Shown one piece after another: positions 41,569 through 54,800 of a DNA stretch of 64,000 bases. The stretch is from Perna viridis (Eukaryota), in NCBI GenBank assembly GCA_037379345.1, contig CM074524.1:26408750-26472749 (forward strand). The letters run 5' to 3'. Positions within the stretch are counted from its first letter, which is position 1; each line of letters starts with the position of its first letter. Under the pieces are notes generated by a model, which was given only the letters and a program-made list of their open reading frames with translations, did no database searches and had not been told where the DNA came from. The translations under genes and the position numbers were made by a program.

Positions 41569-44500
41569 GAATTTCTTCTCCAGTGTATGGCAGTTGGTCA
41601 TGACAAAGGATAATTGCAGTCAATCATTGCTTTTTTTCTACAAAGCATGTTCTGATAGACTGCAGGAGACTATCTAAATCCCTGTACTTTATGGTACTTA
41701 ATCAATTTTATTCATTGTTACGACGGAGCATTAGAGAAATTGTGTAATTCTGTTGAGTGTTCAGAACCATCCTTGACCATATCTTAAATTTGTTTCTAAG
41801 TAGTAAATATTCCTAATATCCTTGAAAATCAGCGAAGTTAAACTGTTTGTTAATGCAAATAAATTAAGTAACTAGCCTTTAGAAAGTGAGTATAGTACTC
41901 AAAATATCGATAGCAATTTTTCCATGATAGAGTTTATTAACTAATTTTTTGGTCTCCTTTGTTCTTCCTAGATTTTTTAAACATTGAAACATTGGAAAAA
42001 TTACTTTCAGTTAAATCTTTGATAGAAATAATGTCCAGAATTTGATCACTACAAGTGCAGAATTCGTTGAATCTTTCAAGGATGTAGGGATAATTTGCTA
42101 AAATTATGTTAGGTGTTGGAAAACTTTATGACTATGATTTTGTTAAACAATTACCATTACTTTTATGAATGTCTTAATAAAGACCAGTCTATGCACTGAA
42201 TGATTGTACATAATTTAAGCAAAAATATAACAATCTAAACTCTGTATTATTGCTTCGTTCATTATCATTATTGATTTATTCTTATGTCTTTTTTATTCAT
42301 GCTCTCTGTTTTAAGTGCTCAAATTGTGGTTTTGCCAATATAGAAATTTATTCTTAAGGTTATCTGCAGTGATGATTAACTTTCTTTTGCAGGTTCTTTA
42401 ATTAATAAGAACACTTTACACTATTTCAGTTATCTTGAAATATATTTGTGTTTAATTATCTGTGATACAGAACATTTATCAATGATCTAATGACAGTTCT
42501 ATGTTTTGTTTTGCAACTGGTATTTAATAGACAAAAAAATAACTTCAACTGTATTAGCTTTGAAACCATATCTTAATTTGAAATGGTTATTGAGCACTCC
42601 TTTTCTATTCCCATCTGATATGATACAAAGTGTTTTTATGTTACTGACAATCATTACAGTTAAAAGATATGTCTACCTTTCGATTCAGTGGCTTAATTAA
42701 TTGTTTAAGTGTATTTAGACTTGATTTTCAGTCTATTGATTTTTTCCATTTTTTTAAGTATGCATTTGGCAGTATTGAAATAAATATGAAGTTTTACGTA
42801 TTTTAGTACTCAGTTGATTAAAAAAACGTTAAGTGTAGAAGCAATCGTAAGTTTTGACGTCATAAAGGATTTTTCTTTTACGTTTATGACTATACGAAAA
42901 TGACTTATGGTTTTCTCTGTTTGTTTAACATTGTCTAGTACAGAGAAAGAAAGTTTTCAGAGAAAATAACATTTATGCTAAAGGTGGTTTGAAATGAAAT
43001 TTCAATGAAAGTCAATATGGCATTTATGGGATTTTTGAAGATTTTTATTAAAAAAATACAAATGAAATGAATATAAAGTCAACACTGTCATGAACTTTTC
43101 TTTATGAGAATGCATTTTTGATTGACACGGAAACGTATGATATTAATGTGATTACTTGTTTTTTTTTCTATATATAAGGTTCAATTATTTGACAAACTTC
43201 CAATAGTACAGTAGTCACTATTGATAACTTTATTGGATAAACTGTTAACTTTATTGGATAGAAGGGAAATAACACGTTTTAATCATATACATGTACATTA
43301 TAAAAGACTTATTGTGAGAGAAAGATCACCTTCAGGTCAGCATTAGTTATCCATCAACACAAATGTCATTTAAAGTCATGTCATTTTTACTCTTCCTGAC
43401 ATAGTTTAATAATAATATTAATAAGCTTCTGTCTCGTTTGAATTCATATATCACTGATAGGCTAAAAATCAAAACTTTATTACTTGTAAATATCTGAAAG
43501 TTATTTGCTATAGTTGCTGTTCTTTTGTTTTTGTTTTGTTTTTAGTTTTTATAAGTATTTTACCACATGGTGTGCTTTGAACTTTAAGATGCTCACAACT
43601 AATAATCAATATCATTTCATACACACCAATAACTTTTTTTATTATTTCCCTTATTTTATTAACTACATTACTGTCAACACAAATTTTAATTTCTCCACCC
43701 ATCACAGTTAAGGTATTATAAGTGGAGGTACAGTATCTCTACTCTACATAGGGGAGTCGCCAATCCAAAATATTTTTTTGTAATTTGTTACTTCTTTCTT
43801 TATACCAAGGTATGTTTAATGGTTCTAGTAATTTAATAACTTTCTCAGTTAAAGACAGAAAAAAATACCGAAAAGAAATGACACAGAGAAATCTTATCCT
43901 AGTTTTTATACTTTGGTGGAGTCACAGTAGAGGACGTAAGTGATTCCTCTGTGAAGAATGGAGAATTTAAAATTTGGTCGACGGTAGCGTGTCTTGTTTC
44001 TGGGACCAAACTAACTATGTTTTGTATTATTCATGGTGTTCATGATGATGACCAATTGATTCAGAAAGTCGATTTGTTTTCTGTTGCTGAATTTGAGGAG
44101 ACAGTTGTGCTCCAATCAAATACAAAGTGACCAAGTAATATTATTCTATGTGATCATGCTTGTTTAGTTCAACTATAGTTCTTTTATCCATGATTATAAA
44201 ATGTAAGCATTACTATCTTTGCTTTGCTCATTTATAGATTTAGTAAGATAGAAAATGTATCAAAACTCAAAGCAGTCAACATGGTTATTTAAATTTTGAA
44301 TTTCTGATTTTCCTTAAATTCAGTTAGCCCAAGCATATACTTGAAATGCAAAATATCCCCATCATTTTGACAGTTGGCTTTTGCAAGCCATTAAACTACA
44401 AAAGAAAATGATGATCCAATTTTGCGATGTTAATAAAGTGGCTTTAAATTACTGATTTAACAATTTAGTACTAGAAATGTTTGTACAATCCATTGAAATG

Positions 44501-47500
44501 TAATATATTTGTATGTATTGTACAAATTCGTTCAAAAGTTAAATCCACCTAACATAAATGTATGCAATTGATGGTATATGCATATAGTACTAGAAATGTA
44601 GAATCATCATGATAAAATGTGGTTGTGTCTCTGTTGTTGCTCTGTATACTGCTGATGAATTATAAGTATTTGCTTCGTAGATTGTTAGGCATTATGTTGA
44701 AATATACGTGCCTTCAGTGACTATGTCATGTACAAAATACATTTGATTGGTATATTTGTCAGCATTGTTTCATTGTTATGTTTTATTACGATGGTTACGG
44801 TTTGTTCATACCAGTAGCACATATATTGGCTTGTATTATTAATTTACACAAAATCAAAGGTTTGTTTTTAGACCTTGAAAATTTCTTTTTTGTTTGATTA
44901 GCAGAAGTGACTCTAATCGATTAGTTGTGGGTTATTTTCTCATTCAAATAATTCTTTTATTGGAATAGTAAGCTATACCAGTTTTCAATTCCAAGTATCA
45001 ATTTTGTTTTTACTCTTTAATCATCTAGACCTATGTTTTATTTTGAGGTAATTTATGAAAAAAAATCAATGGTTTTTCGTATCACATTTTATCAAAAGAT
45101 AATTGATCCTTTGGTAGCAGCTTCTACATGCAATCAGTAGAATAGACTATGTTTTTTTGTATTGATTGAGGCAAAAAAAAAACATTTGTTGTTGTTGTTT
45201 ATTCTTTTTTTATTTATCTAAAACCTTTAAACATAATAATATACGATTTGAAAGTAGTTGTATTTGATTTTTTTTGGCCGGAATATATATGGTTTACTAA
45301 GATTTTTAGGTAAATTAGTAGTGAAAAATTCTTTTATTTGTTTATATTTTAAGGTGCTAGAACTTCGTGAAAGGAGCATAACTCTTTGCAAATTATTGGC
45401 AAGTGTAAACCATTTTACAAAATTCTCATGTATCAAAGTAACCTAGATTGATTGTATCCTGTTTCAAATGAATGTTCTGGTGAAATTGATGAAAACATAT
45501 TGCTAATTTCAAGAGTTGTTTCTCTTAAATCAATCAAGTGATAGTATCAATAAAATATTTTACGTTGGTAATAAATTTTTTGGCAAGAATGGGTCATTAT
45601 GTACTTCTTTACTTTGCCACAAATGTGATTGTTTGTTACAGGAATATAATTTTTCACTACGGTTTATGATACCCCCACCCCCGGTGAACGGTTCATTGTT
45701 ATGGTTGTGAAATATTATGCAACTACTGGAGAAAAGCAATTATTATTTCTATCGTATGTGTGAATCTATTTTTCGAAGATAAGGATCGATTTGTGTTAAT
45801 ATATGGTATTTTTAGATTTATAATGTCTATCTTTAGTAGAAAGTGTTTTAACTATCCTCTATTTTTTGTTTTCGTTTTGAATTTTCTGTTTCCTTTTTTT
45901 ATAAACAAATGTGTTTGATTCACGTATACAACACGTTAATTGTAATTTTATTATTGTTTTAAAATCAGAATAGTGCTACATGTAGTGAAAAGTTCAATAA
46001 TATATCTTTAAATGCAAAACTCTGAAAGTTCTAAATGATATTCGACTTGTATAGCTCTTTTTGAAGCATGCAGACAGCCCTGCCAAAATGTCGAGAATTT
46101 TAACGTTTTGAAAACGATCGAATGATTTTATACTTTATCTGTCATACATTGTTAATTTTTTTTCTGTCTGTTAGTGTTGAAAAATCTTTCTGCACAACTT
46201 TGTATGCTATGGCAAACACAGTTTTCTTGTGTAAAAAAAGGGAATAATACAATTTCATTCAATCAGTACTACAGCTTTGCTTAAGTGAGTTTTCATGTAC
46301 AATGTAGATGTATTAGATCTTCAATGTGGAGGGAAAATTTCATTGTAAGAAACCCATTGTCATAATTTATTCGTATCGGTAATTTTTAATTGAATACCTA
46401 ATTATAATGTGCCTTAAATTTATCATAACTGGTCTGTCGTGTAACATTAATAATTTATTGGCAAATGATTTTATGAATTACACGTTACAACGTTATCTAT
46501 ATGTTTAACACGGAAAAAATAATATAATGACAGCAATTAAGATTTAGTTCATGGATATACATTAAGAAAATGGTATTATATATTAACAAAGGAGGATTTA
46601 TGAAATTATTTTGAATTGAAATCGATGTATACTTTTATTAATTTTCTATTTTCAGTTTCAGTATTTGATTTATAATGGATTTGTTTTATTTTGTACTTAT
46701 TATAGAATTTATGACAATGAAAACTATCTTTTAAATCAAATTTGAAAATCAAAACTTGTATCTTATATCTTTTTTTCTATCTTTTATATGGAGGGGTTTT
46801 ACCTAAAGAGTAATGTGCCTGGCTGTATTACGCTGATGTCTTTTTTATGATATCACATGAACAAAGTTGATGGCTTTCATGTTAAAGCCACCATCCAGTA
46901 GTTCATAAGTATTTTGCTCTATTATTTTTGCTCTATTAAAAGGCATATCCTATTTTTCTTGACATTTTCCAATACTTATATTTAATTATTTCATGAAAGC
47001 AATGTTTTACTTTCAAATATAAATCTGACAATTTGGAAAAACGGATATTGTACGTGCCATGCAACGGTAGTTATTTAGAATATGAACTGACAATCAAAAA
47101 CAGTCAAGAGATAGTGAGATTAGGTAAAATTGATACACTTGATTTTGTCTTGTCTCATTTCATGTGACAAATTTATGCATTACGAATGACATATATCATA
47201 TAATTGTGTTCATGATTGAAAATAACTGACCAATAAATGAATTCATGTTGTATTGTTGTTCATTACATAAGTGACAGTAAATAACAAAACACAAACAACA
47301 GTCTACAAATATCTGAATGAGGATAGTAAAATTCCTTAACTTTTGACATTTTATTACAGAACATTTGCTGCATTTTTCTTCTAGATATTGCACGAAAGTA
47401 AACATCCAAATAATGCATGAAACAACTTAAACAAAACTAACTACTGAAATCCAAGGGACACCTCAGCCAAACATTTACATCAAAATTCAAACCAGTTTTA

Positions 47501-48839
47501 AGCCAAACATCAAGTCTTGAAATAGAAAAAGAAGTTTACATAAGTTTTTTTTTATAGGTATGTCATTTCATGACATCATTGAATTAAGTTTCAGATTAAT
47601 GTGATTTGACAACGTTGTTTATATTTTGACCCTATTCTGTGGGTGGTGTGGAGTAGTAAAACCAGTACAAAGATCTATTAATTATATTATAAAAATGTTT
47701 TTTTTTTGTTGCTTGAGAAATGGTAATTGTCAAATGACTCATGACTTTAACATCTAAATGTTTTGTCTGATTTATTGAATATCTTAAAGCGCAAATATAA
47801 AAACTTTAGAAAATTAATGGTTTTGGCACTTCTGATACGTTCATTCGCTATACCAAATCCCAAAGTCCTATTGAAAATCTCGTCTTTATTCCAAAAGTAG
47901 TGAAATTTGCTCAAAATGGTGGGTTAATTTCCTACCATGTTTTACCCACTATTTTTTTTTTCTTAAAGCGACTTACATTTTAGTATTAATAACGAATTTA
48001 ATTGGTACAAGCATGCTTTTACATGTATAGAAAACAGCATCCAATGATACTTTCGACAATATGAATTATAATACAATTTTTTGCAGTTTTTTGGAAAAGG
48101 CTGAATAAAAACTGAAAATGTTCTGCACTTAACATCCACTTACATGTAACCCATTGCTCATATACATTGTAATATTCACCAACATGTTATTGATTTTGAC
48201 ATTGATGTAAATACCACCCTATAATTTACCAATGAATAAATTAAAGATCTGTGTAATATGTATTATATTTGTTTCAGAATTAATTTTTGTAGAGCTGTTT
48301 TTCATTTTATTTTGTTACCACGAATTGTCCAATTAGATATTACAAACTGTTATATAGCAGCAATACGTTTTGATTGCATACTGTAAATCCGGCATTGCCT
48401 TAACTTAATGATCACTCTTGAACTCCATTTTATTACATAGAAGACTTATAATGGTTCTGACGTATTTGGAAAGTAAAATGCATTGGCTTTGACTTGCTTG
48501 AAAAATTATTTGCTAGAAGATATTCGCCTGTGCTTTCCAGTTTTTTTGTTTTTTTTTTTTTTTTCAGAGAGGAAAGGCAGATCACAGTTAAACTATCTAA
48601 TAATATATTCCATTAAAATATTCCAGTCATAGAAATATTAATTAAAATGTCACAGAATGAAGCATGAATCATGCGTTTACTTGATTTGTTTTCTAAACCT
48701 AACTACTCCACAAGTAAATTTTCAAAATTTATACTCAAACAGTACACACTTGAACATTCTACTTACATAGTTCCGATATAACATGTAAGATGTAAGTGGA
48801 ATTATAAAAACTAAACACACACGCATACAAAAAAGTACC

Positions 48840-49070
48840 TTACTACCATACATCGTGTACTAAGTTTTAGCAATAGATTTATCGTACGACAAGTGATAAA
48901 ACGGCCAGCGTTAGCTGTATTTTATATAGCCCAGCTGTCCAAGTGGTCTAGGGCGTTGGATCTGTGCAGACGGTGTTGCCATAGATGTAACAGTGGTACA
49001 GTACGAGTTCGAGTCCCGCGGAGGGAACGACAAAAAATTTGCACCGCAAATTTGACAGTTCTAACATCGT
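48840..49070 (+). repeat. Repeat containing an internal tRNA-Leu-derived segment (copy 1)
   Basis: A-box-like TGTCCAAGTGG-TCTAGGGCG and B box GTTCGAGTCC; homologous to 62279-62505 in reverse orientation. Confidence 0.75.
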
Positions 49071-49084
49071 TGGGAATTTTTATT

Positions 49085-50402
49085 TGAGGGAGGCCTGGTT
49101 TGCATTTGTAGTCACTGCGATGACCATTCATAGCCTGTTGAAGGGTTGTTCTGTTTCGCCAACGTACTGCATACCATATCGGCACTGGAGAAGGTATATG
49201 TTATTTTGGGTTTTGCAAGTCACGTCGCAAAAAATGGCAAATTCCTTTCTAGTGCAGTAGCTTTTAAAGGTTTTGGTGTGCAGTATCTGGGTACAGGTCT
49301 TACGTCTTTTATTTCCACATGGTCGACACTGGCCCGTTGTATTATGTTTAGGCTGAGATGAAATATCTGCTCTTACTAGAGCATCTCTTAGGCTCCTAGG
49401 TCTACAGAATGCCAGGACCGGGGCCCCCGGAAAGAGCTTGGAGAGCTTAGGATGTTTTTGAATGTCTTCCCAATTTGAATACAATAGCTGCGAGAGTTTC
49501 CCAAAGGCTGGATGGTATGTAATCACAAAAGGAACTCTTTTGTTCTTTTTCTTGGGGTTGTACTCGAGGAGATCTTTACGCTTGATGTTGTTAGTACGTT
49601 CAATTCCCCGATCTATATCTATTGATTTATAGCCACGCGATAACAAATGACCACAGAGTTCATCTAGACGTTTGTTGGTGGTATCGTCAGATGAGTAAAT
49701 GCGCAGAGTTCGGAGTGCCTGGCTGTATGGTATGCTTTTAGTACAATATTTTGGATGACAACTATTGGGAGATAAGTATTGGTGACTATCAGTTAGTTTG
49801 CTGTGAAGATCCATGGACATTTCCCCGTCTTTTACAAACGTTGTTGTATCCAGAAATGTGATTTTAGTGTCACAAATTTCATGGGTGAATTTGATTGATG
49901 GATGAACGTTGTTGGCATGTGTGATAAAATTGTCTAAATTTTGTTTCAACTCAGTCCATTTCATGTCAACATCATCGATGAATCGAAACCAAGAGAGGAG
50001 TTTCGATAAAGATGTTGAAATTATTTTATTTTCTAATTTACTCATGAAGATGTTCGCATACGAAGGAGCCATTTTCGTTCCCATAGCTGTACCATTGATT
50101 TGGAGGTAGTGTTCGTCGTTGAAAGTGAAGTAGTTACACTTCAAAACTAAAGTGAGTAAATTTACTAGGCAGTCAGTAGGAGGTTCAAAATATCTCGTGA
50201 TTCCCAAGCTTCCCTGCAGGATTCTATACCGTCATCCTGTGGGATATTAGTATAGAGTGAAGTGACATCACGGGAGACCAGAAATGTTTAGGTAAAGGAT
50301 TCATTGATTCCATTTTCCTCAGATAGTCCGTGGTGTCTATTTAATACGACGGGAGCTTTTGAACAAGGGATAGGAGGTGGTAATCAACAAATTCAGAATT
50401 TT
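49085..50402 (-). mobile_element. Penelope-like element fragment with RT and C-terminal GIY-YIG endonuclease
   Basis: ORF 49128..50207: GTAMGTKMAPSYANIFM, WFRFIDD, FLDT, SCHP..IPYSQALR, Cys-rich linker, IYLLQC..YVGET (GIY-YIG). An upstream frame gives ISEFVDYHL...[10 protein letters not shown]; truncated within the endonuclease. Confidence 0.92.
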
Positions 50403-50749
50403 TTTTCTCATGTGTGACACCACAGTACATCATAAGCCTTAAAAAAATGAATGTTAAAGAAATACTGATACATACATTTGCATATCTCTACTGATTTTTA
50501 CTGGCAGTTTCCATTTTATTGCAACATCATATATTGCAAATCTTTCAAGTTATGGATATTAAAAGTTTTGAAGCATTAAATGACTCTGTATTTCTGAATA
50601 TTTTATCTTAATTGTGGGTGGATGCTTTATTTTCTGTTATGATACCTGGACAGTTGTACATATGTACCCCGCAAGTAATTAGAAATCAGAATGGAAGACA
50701 AAATAAGTAAATAAAACAAAATACAATAAACAATATTTATCACATTAGT

Positions 50750-51815
50750 ATACTTAATACGTGTGTTTTTGCCCATTTGATAATAGCCGGATGTTAAGGA
50801 AAATTATTAGACCAGGGAAACAACTCGTTTTTCGGTTATCTACTCCGGGGCTGATAACCGTTTTATAGTTCCGGTTTTTGATCTGACATGCGCATATCCG
50901 ATATAAACAGCAGACGATAGATGAACAACAACGGAAGAACTGGGTGGATAGGATTGTTTCCTTTCCCTTACAGATGAAGCGTTTGTGAATGAAATGAAAA
51001 ATAACAACACTAGAAGGAAAACTATGATCGACAGGAAGATTTTGACAGACTGGTTAGAAAAACAACAGGAATTCCGCGCAGTCGAGGACATACCGACTCA
51101 AAGAACTTTACCACATTTTAGCCAAGTCTTTTTTATANNNNNNNNNNNNNNNNNNNNNNNNNNNNNNNNNNNNNNNNNNNNNNNNNNNNNNNNNNNNNNN
51201 NNNNNNNNNNNNNNNNNNNNNNNNNNNNNNNNNNNNNNNNNNNNNNNNNNNNNNNNNNNNNNNNNNNNNNNNNNNNNNNNAATATTGTACCAAGTTAATA
51301 TGCTCCAACAAATGTTCAAAATCCTCAACCGTTCCAAATATTACAGATAATGTCGTTTATGTACATAGTTTTTACATACATTGAGTTTGCACCTGACGAG
51401 GCGATTTTGCCTTATATGGCATTGTTCTTGGTGTAGTAAGGGGCTCTTTTTATGAAACTGAAAAAAAAAATCACAATACTAATGACAAAAATGTAATATC
51501 CACTAAGGGTCTGGAGTCCAAATTCACTATTTTATCAAATATTTCATTTCGAAATGTCACAAGTATAATTTACAGCTCTGATAAGTAACTAAATAACAAA
51601 TCAGAAGTGTTATCTTTGTATTTATTAATTTATCATATTCCATTTCTATTTAAAGCCAGAAATATGTGATAAATAGGTTATGACATGTCATTTGCCATAT
51701 CGCCCTGGTATGAGCACTCGACCCATATCAGCCCTCGACAGCGTCTCGGGCTTGATATCGGAGTCTCGTGCTGGTACCAGAACGCTATGGAAAATGCCAT
51801 GTAATAACCTGTAAA
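50750..51815 (+). mobile_element. Crypton-like (tyrosine recombinase DNA transposon) fragment spanning the gap
   Basis: FVNEMKNNNTRRKTMIDRKILTDWLEKQQEFRAVEDIPTQEL resembles the N-terminal part of Crypton/DUF3504-type proteins; long terminal hairpin at 51675-51810. Confidence 0.55.
51138..51280. other. Assembly gap
   Basis: Run of N. Confidence 1.
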
Positions 51816-54800
51816 TACGAATCCAACCGTTTTCATTGTTGTAACAGCAATTACGCAATATGAAACTAGCTGCATGTATATGAAACATGTACTATATCTT
51901 ATACAAACGGCAGTTTATGGCGTTGGTTTTTCACTCGAGTTTGACTTCTGCAAATGATTTGGAAAAGCAAAATATGAAAGACCCAATATGTATTATAAAA
52001 TTATATTGGCAGAGCAACAAGTATAAACAATTCAACAACGTGCAAAAGTTTGTATCAATCTGTTACTATTCAAGTAACACTGCAAATTAAAAGATATGTT
52101 GAAAGAGCATTCGCTGACGGAAACATCAACACATTAATCCTGTTTATGTTCCAGAAATAGTATAAAACGGTTAATATAAGACTATTAAGCAATTTGAAAA
52201 GTGCTTTATAACCCTTAGGTCAAATTTGTAATCTGCATGCAATAAAATTGGATGCGAATCTAACTATTGGATTTTCTTGCAGGATATTGTTAAAACTTTC
52301 GATTTGTTTATTACTATTTTTCTTCTATTTATGTTATGATTAATAGTGCAGAAAGAGATATTACATTCTATTGAGTTTTCACGATGGCAAATCAACCTAG
52401 CAGGCATGTGTTTCAACAGATGTTAACGTAGGAAGGGGAATGTTGGATTTAAGTCCACTTTGTTCCGTGCCACCTTTCATATTTCTTACAAAAGTATTAG
52501 TGTGTTGTATTATGTTTTGTTTACAAATCAAACTTTTAATGGAGATATGTTAGTTTTATTTGACTGTGAAAATAGGCACACCGAGCTTACTTCATAAGTT
52601 AATTATGGCTCTGGAGAAATACATACATTTCTCAAGCAATATGGGAAAAGATATCAAAATGTATGGATGGGCAACAGATCCACACACAAAGCAAAGTAAA
52701 TCAGCCCAACTAATAAAACTAAACTATAACTCAAATACAGGTTTGTGTTCATCTTACCAAGATAGGGGTCTAGTACGTGTTTTAGTCCACTTCACTATGA
52801 GACACTCATCGTAGTGCAGAATTTTGTCTTGTAGTTTTCGTATTGTATCTTATCTCCACCTATATACGTTAATAACTCTGTAGAAATAATCAATGTACCA
52901 TGGAAGAGAAGGCAGTGTTAATTGGCAATGTTTAAAAAATATGAGGCTACAATATGTAAGTCATGTATTTCAACATGAAATTTCCAAATATGTAAAGAAA
53001 GTATATCTTTTTAAGATAATTACTTTCGAATTACAACTACTGTAATCTGAGAAATTGTTTGCATCGTCTATTATTTTATTTCATATTGTTTTGCAGTTTC
53101 GTTTTTGATCAATCTACTTATGTGTAGATAAAAAATTACGCTTTAGTTTATATTCAAAAAAATCATTTTATAGCTGGTATTATTGCTGCAGTGAAAATAC
53201 AACTGCTTGAAAATGCCGGTGCGACCGTTATGTCTTGCAAAAGCTGCTCATGTTCCTTTGAATTCAGAGAACATATGTAAACACTAGTTTCTTTGACTCG
53301 TTTCTGTATTGTTTGCCATAAGTTTTGTTTTCTTCCATCATGTATTTAAACATGAATAGCTTAAATATCGTTCTGTCAGAAATGACGTGCGTCATTTGGA
53401 AGTGATTTCTTAATCAAATAACGCAGACGTCGAGCGGTTGTAACGAGAATTCATCAGACTCACAAAACGAATTTGTCGATGCACCCTTGAAAAACATGCT
53501 TTATGTACACATTCCTCCATTCCACAAAAACAAAACCTAATCATGTGACATATACATGTATCTCAGCTCATGTTCTAACTTAGATAGTTGGATCATTGAT
53601 ACTTTCTAACTTCCTATGTTTCAATACTCTAAACGGCTGGTTTAAACTGCACAATACAATACAATACTTTTTTTCCATCGCAGTCGTATAGTTCCGCTTT
53701 TTATTTTTTGAACTTAAAGACGCTCTTCAATGGAAGCGTAAATCACTTGATCGAAATTCTTTTTTCCCGATTGGCCAAATGCTGATTACTTAGTGGCGTT
53801 CGAAAAAACTGTATCGGAAATTGAAAATGCGTGTAAAATACAAATGTAAAATGTAGAAATTTATAAGGAACAAGATCAAATTTTACTGCATCGGCTATCT
53901 TAATAATAATACTTTTTAAGTATTCATTGCCTCACCACTGGTTCTCTCATTTCTTGATATTTCTGATTACACATTACATTTGTATAATTCTCTCTCTTTG
54001 TATGTTTTGTTTCACTACTGTTTATTTCACTGCTGACATGCACCATTACATGGACTGCTCTACGAGTATTATTTGTTTTACTGCTGGTTCCCTTACTGCT
54101 GTTTATACCTGGTTTATACAATGTAATACTCCCTGAGAATGTGCTGGTCCCCTCACCGCTTGTTTAAATTGCATACTATCATGTTCAACTCTCTGTGTAT
54201 TTTTGTAGGTTTTTGTTACTGGTTTTCTCTCCTGCTGGTACTACACGTACCCACATCATTACCCTCTGAGTACGAGTTTTCTAACTAACTATGAGAAGAA
54301 AAATCTAAGCCCACCATTATCAATTATTCACTTCAATGTAACACGTAATCATTCAAAATATTAGCTATGCCTACCCATAAGTGTATTAGAAGTTTGCTGA
54401 ATTTATATTGATATGAAAGCAGATATTGACGAAAATTATAAGAGCATACAATTAACTTTATGTTTGATGATAATGCTGCTGTTCAGAGGTCACTCCTTGA
54501 AACACGTATACAGCATATCGAAATATGCAATACATACAACTGGTAATTTTTGTATTTAAAAAGAGGTACCCCTTCACACCTTAGTCGTGCCTTGACTGAA
54601 ACTGATTCTCCAGACCAGACCAGTGATAAACTACGAACAAGATACTTATCAATTGATATATGTGATGTTTGATGTTGTATATCAACTATTAATGGCATGA
54701 TATGGTAGTTAAGCAGTAAGAAAGATTAGTAAATTATTCCTTTGTGACATCTTGAAGATACTTAAGAGAAAAGTAATATTCGATTACTATCGATTATCGG

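Noticed and set aside
53900-54290. Repetitive coding exon (ctgctggt-containing units)
   Set aside because: Only loosely periodic, with no consistent open frame or splice signals.
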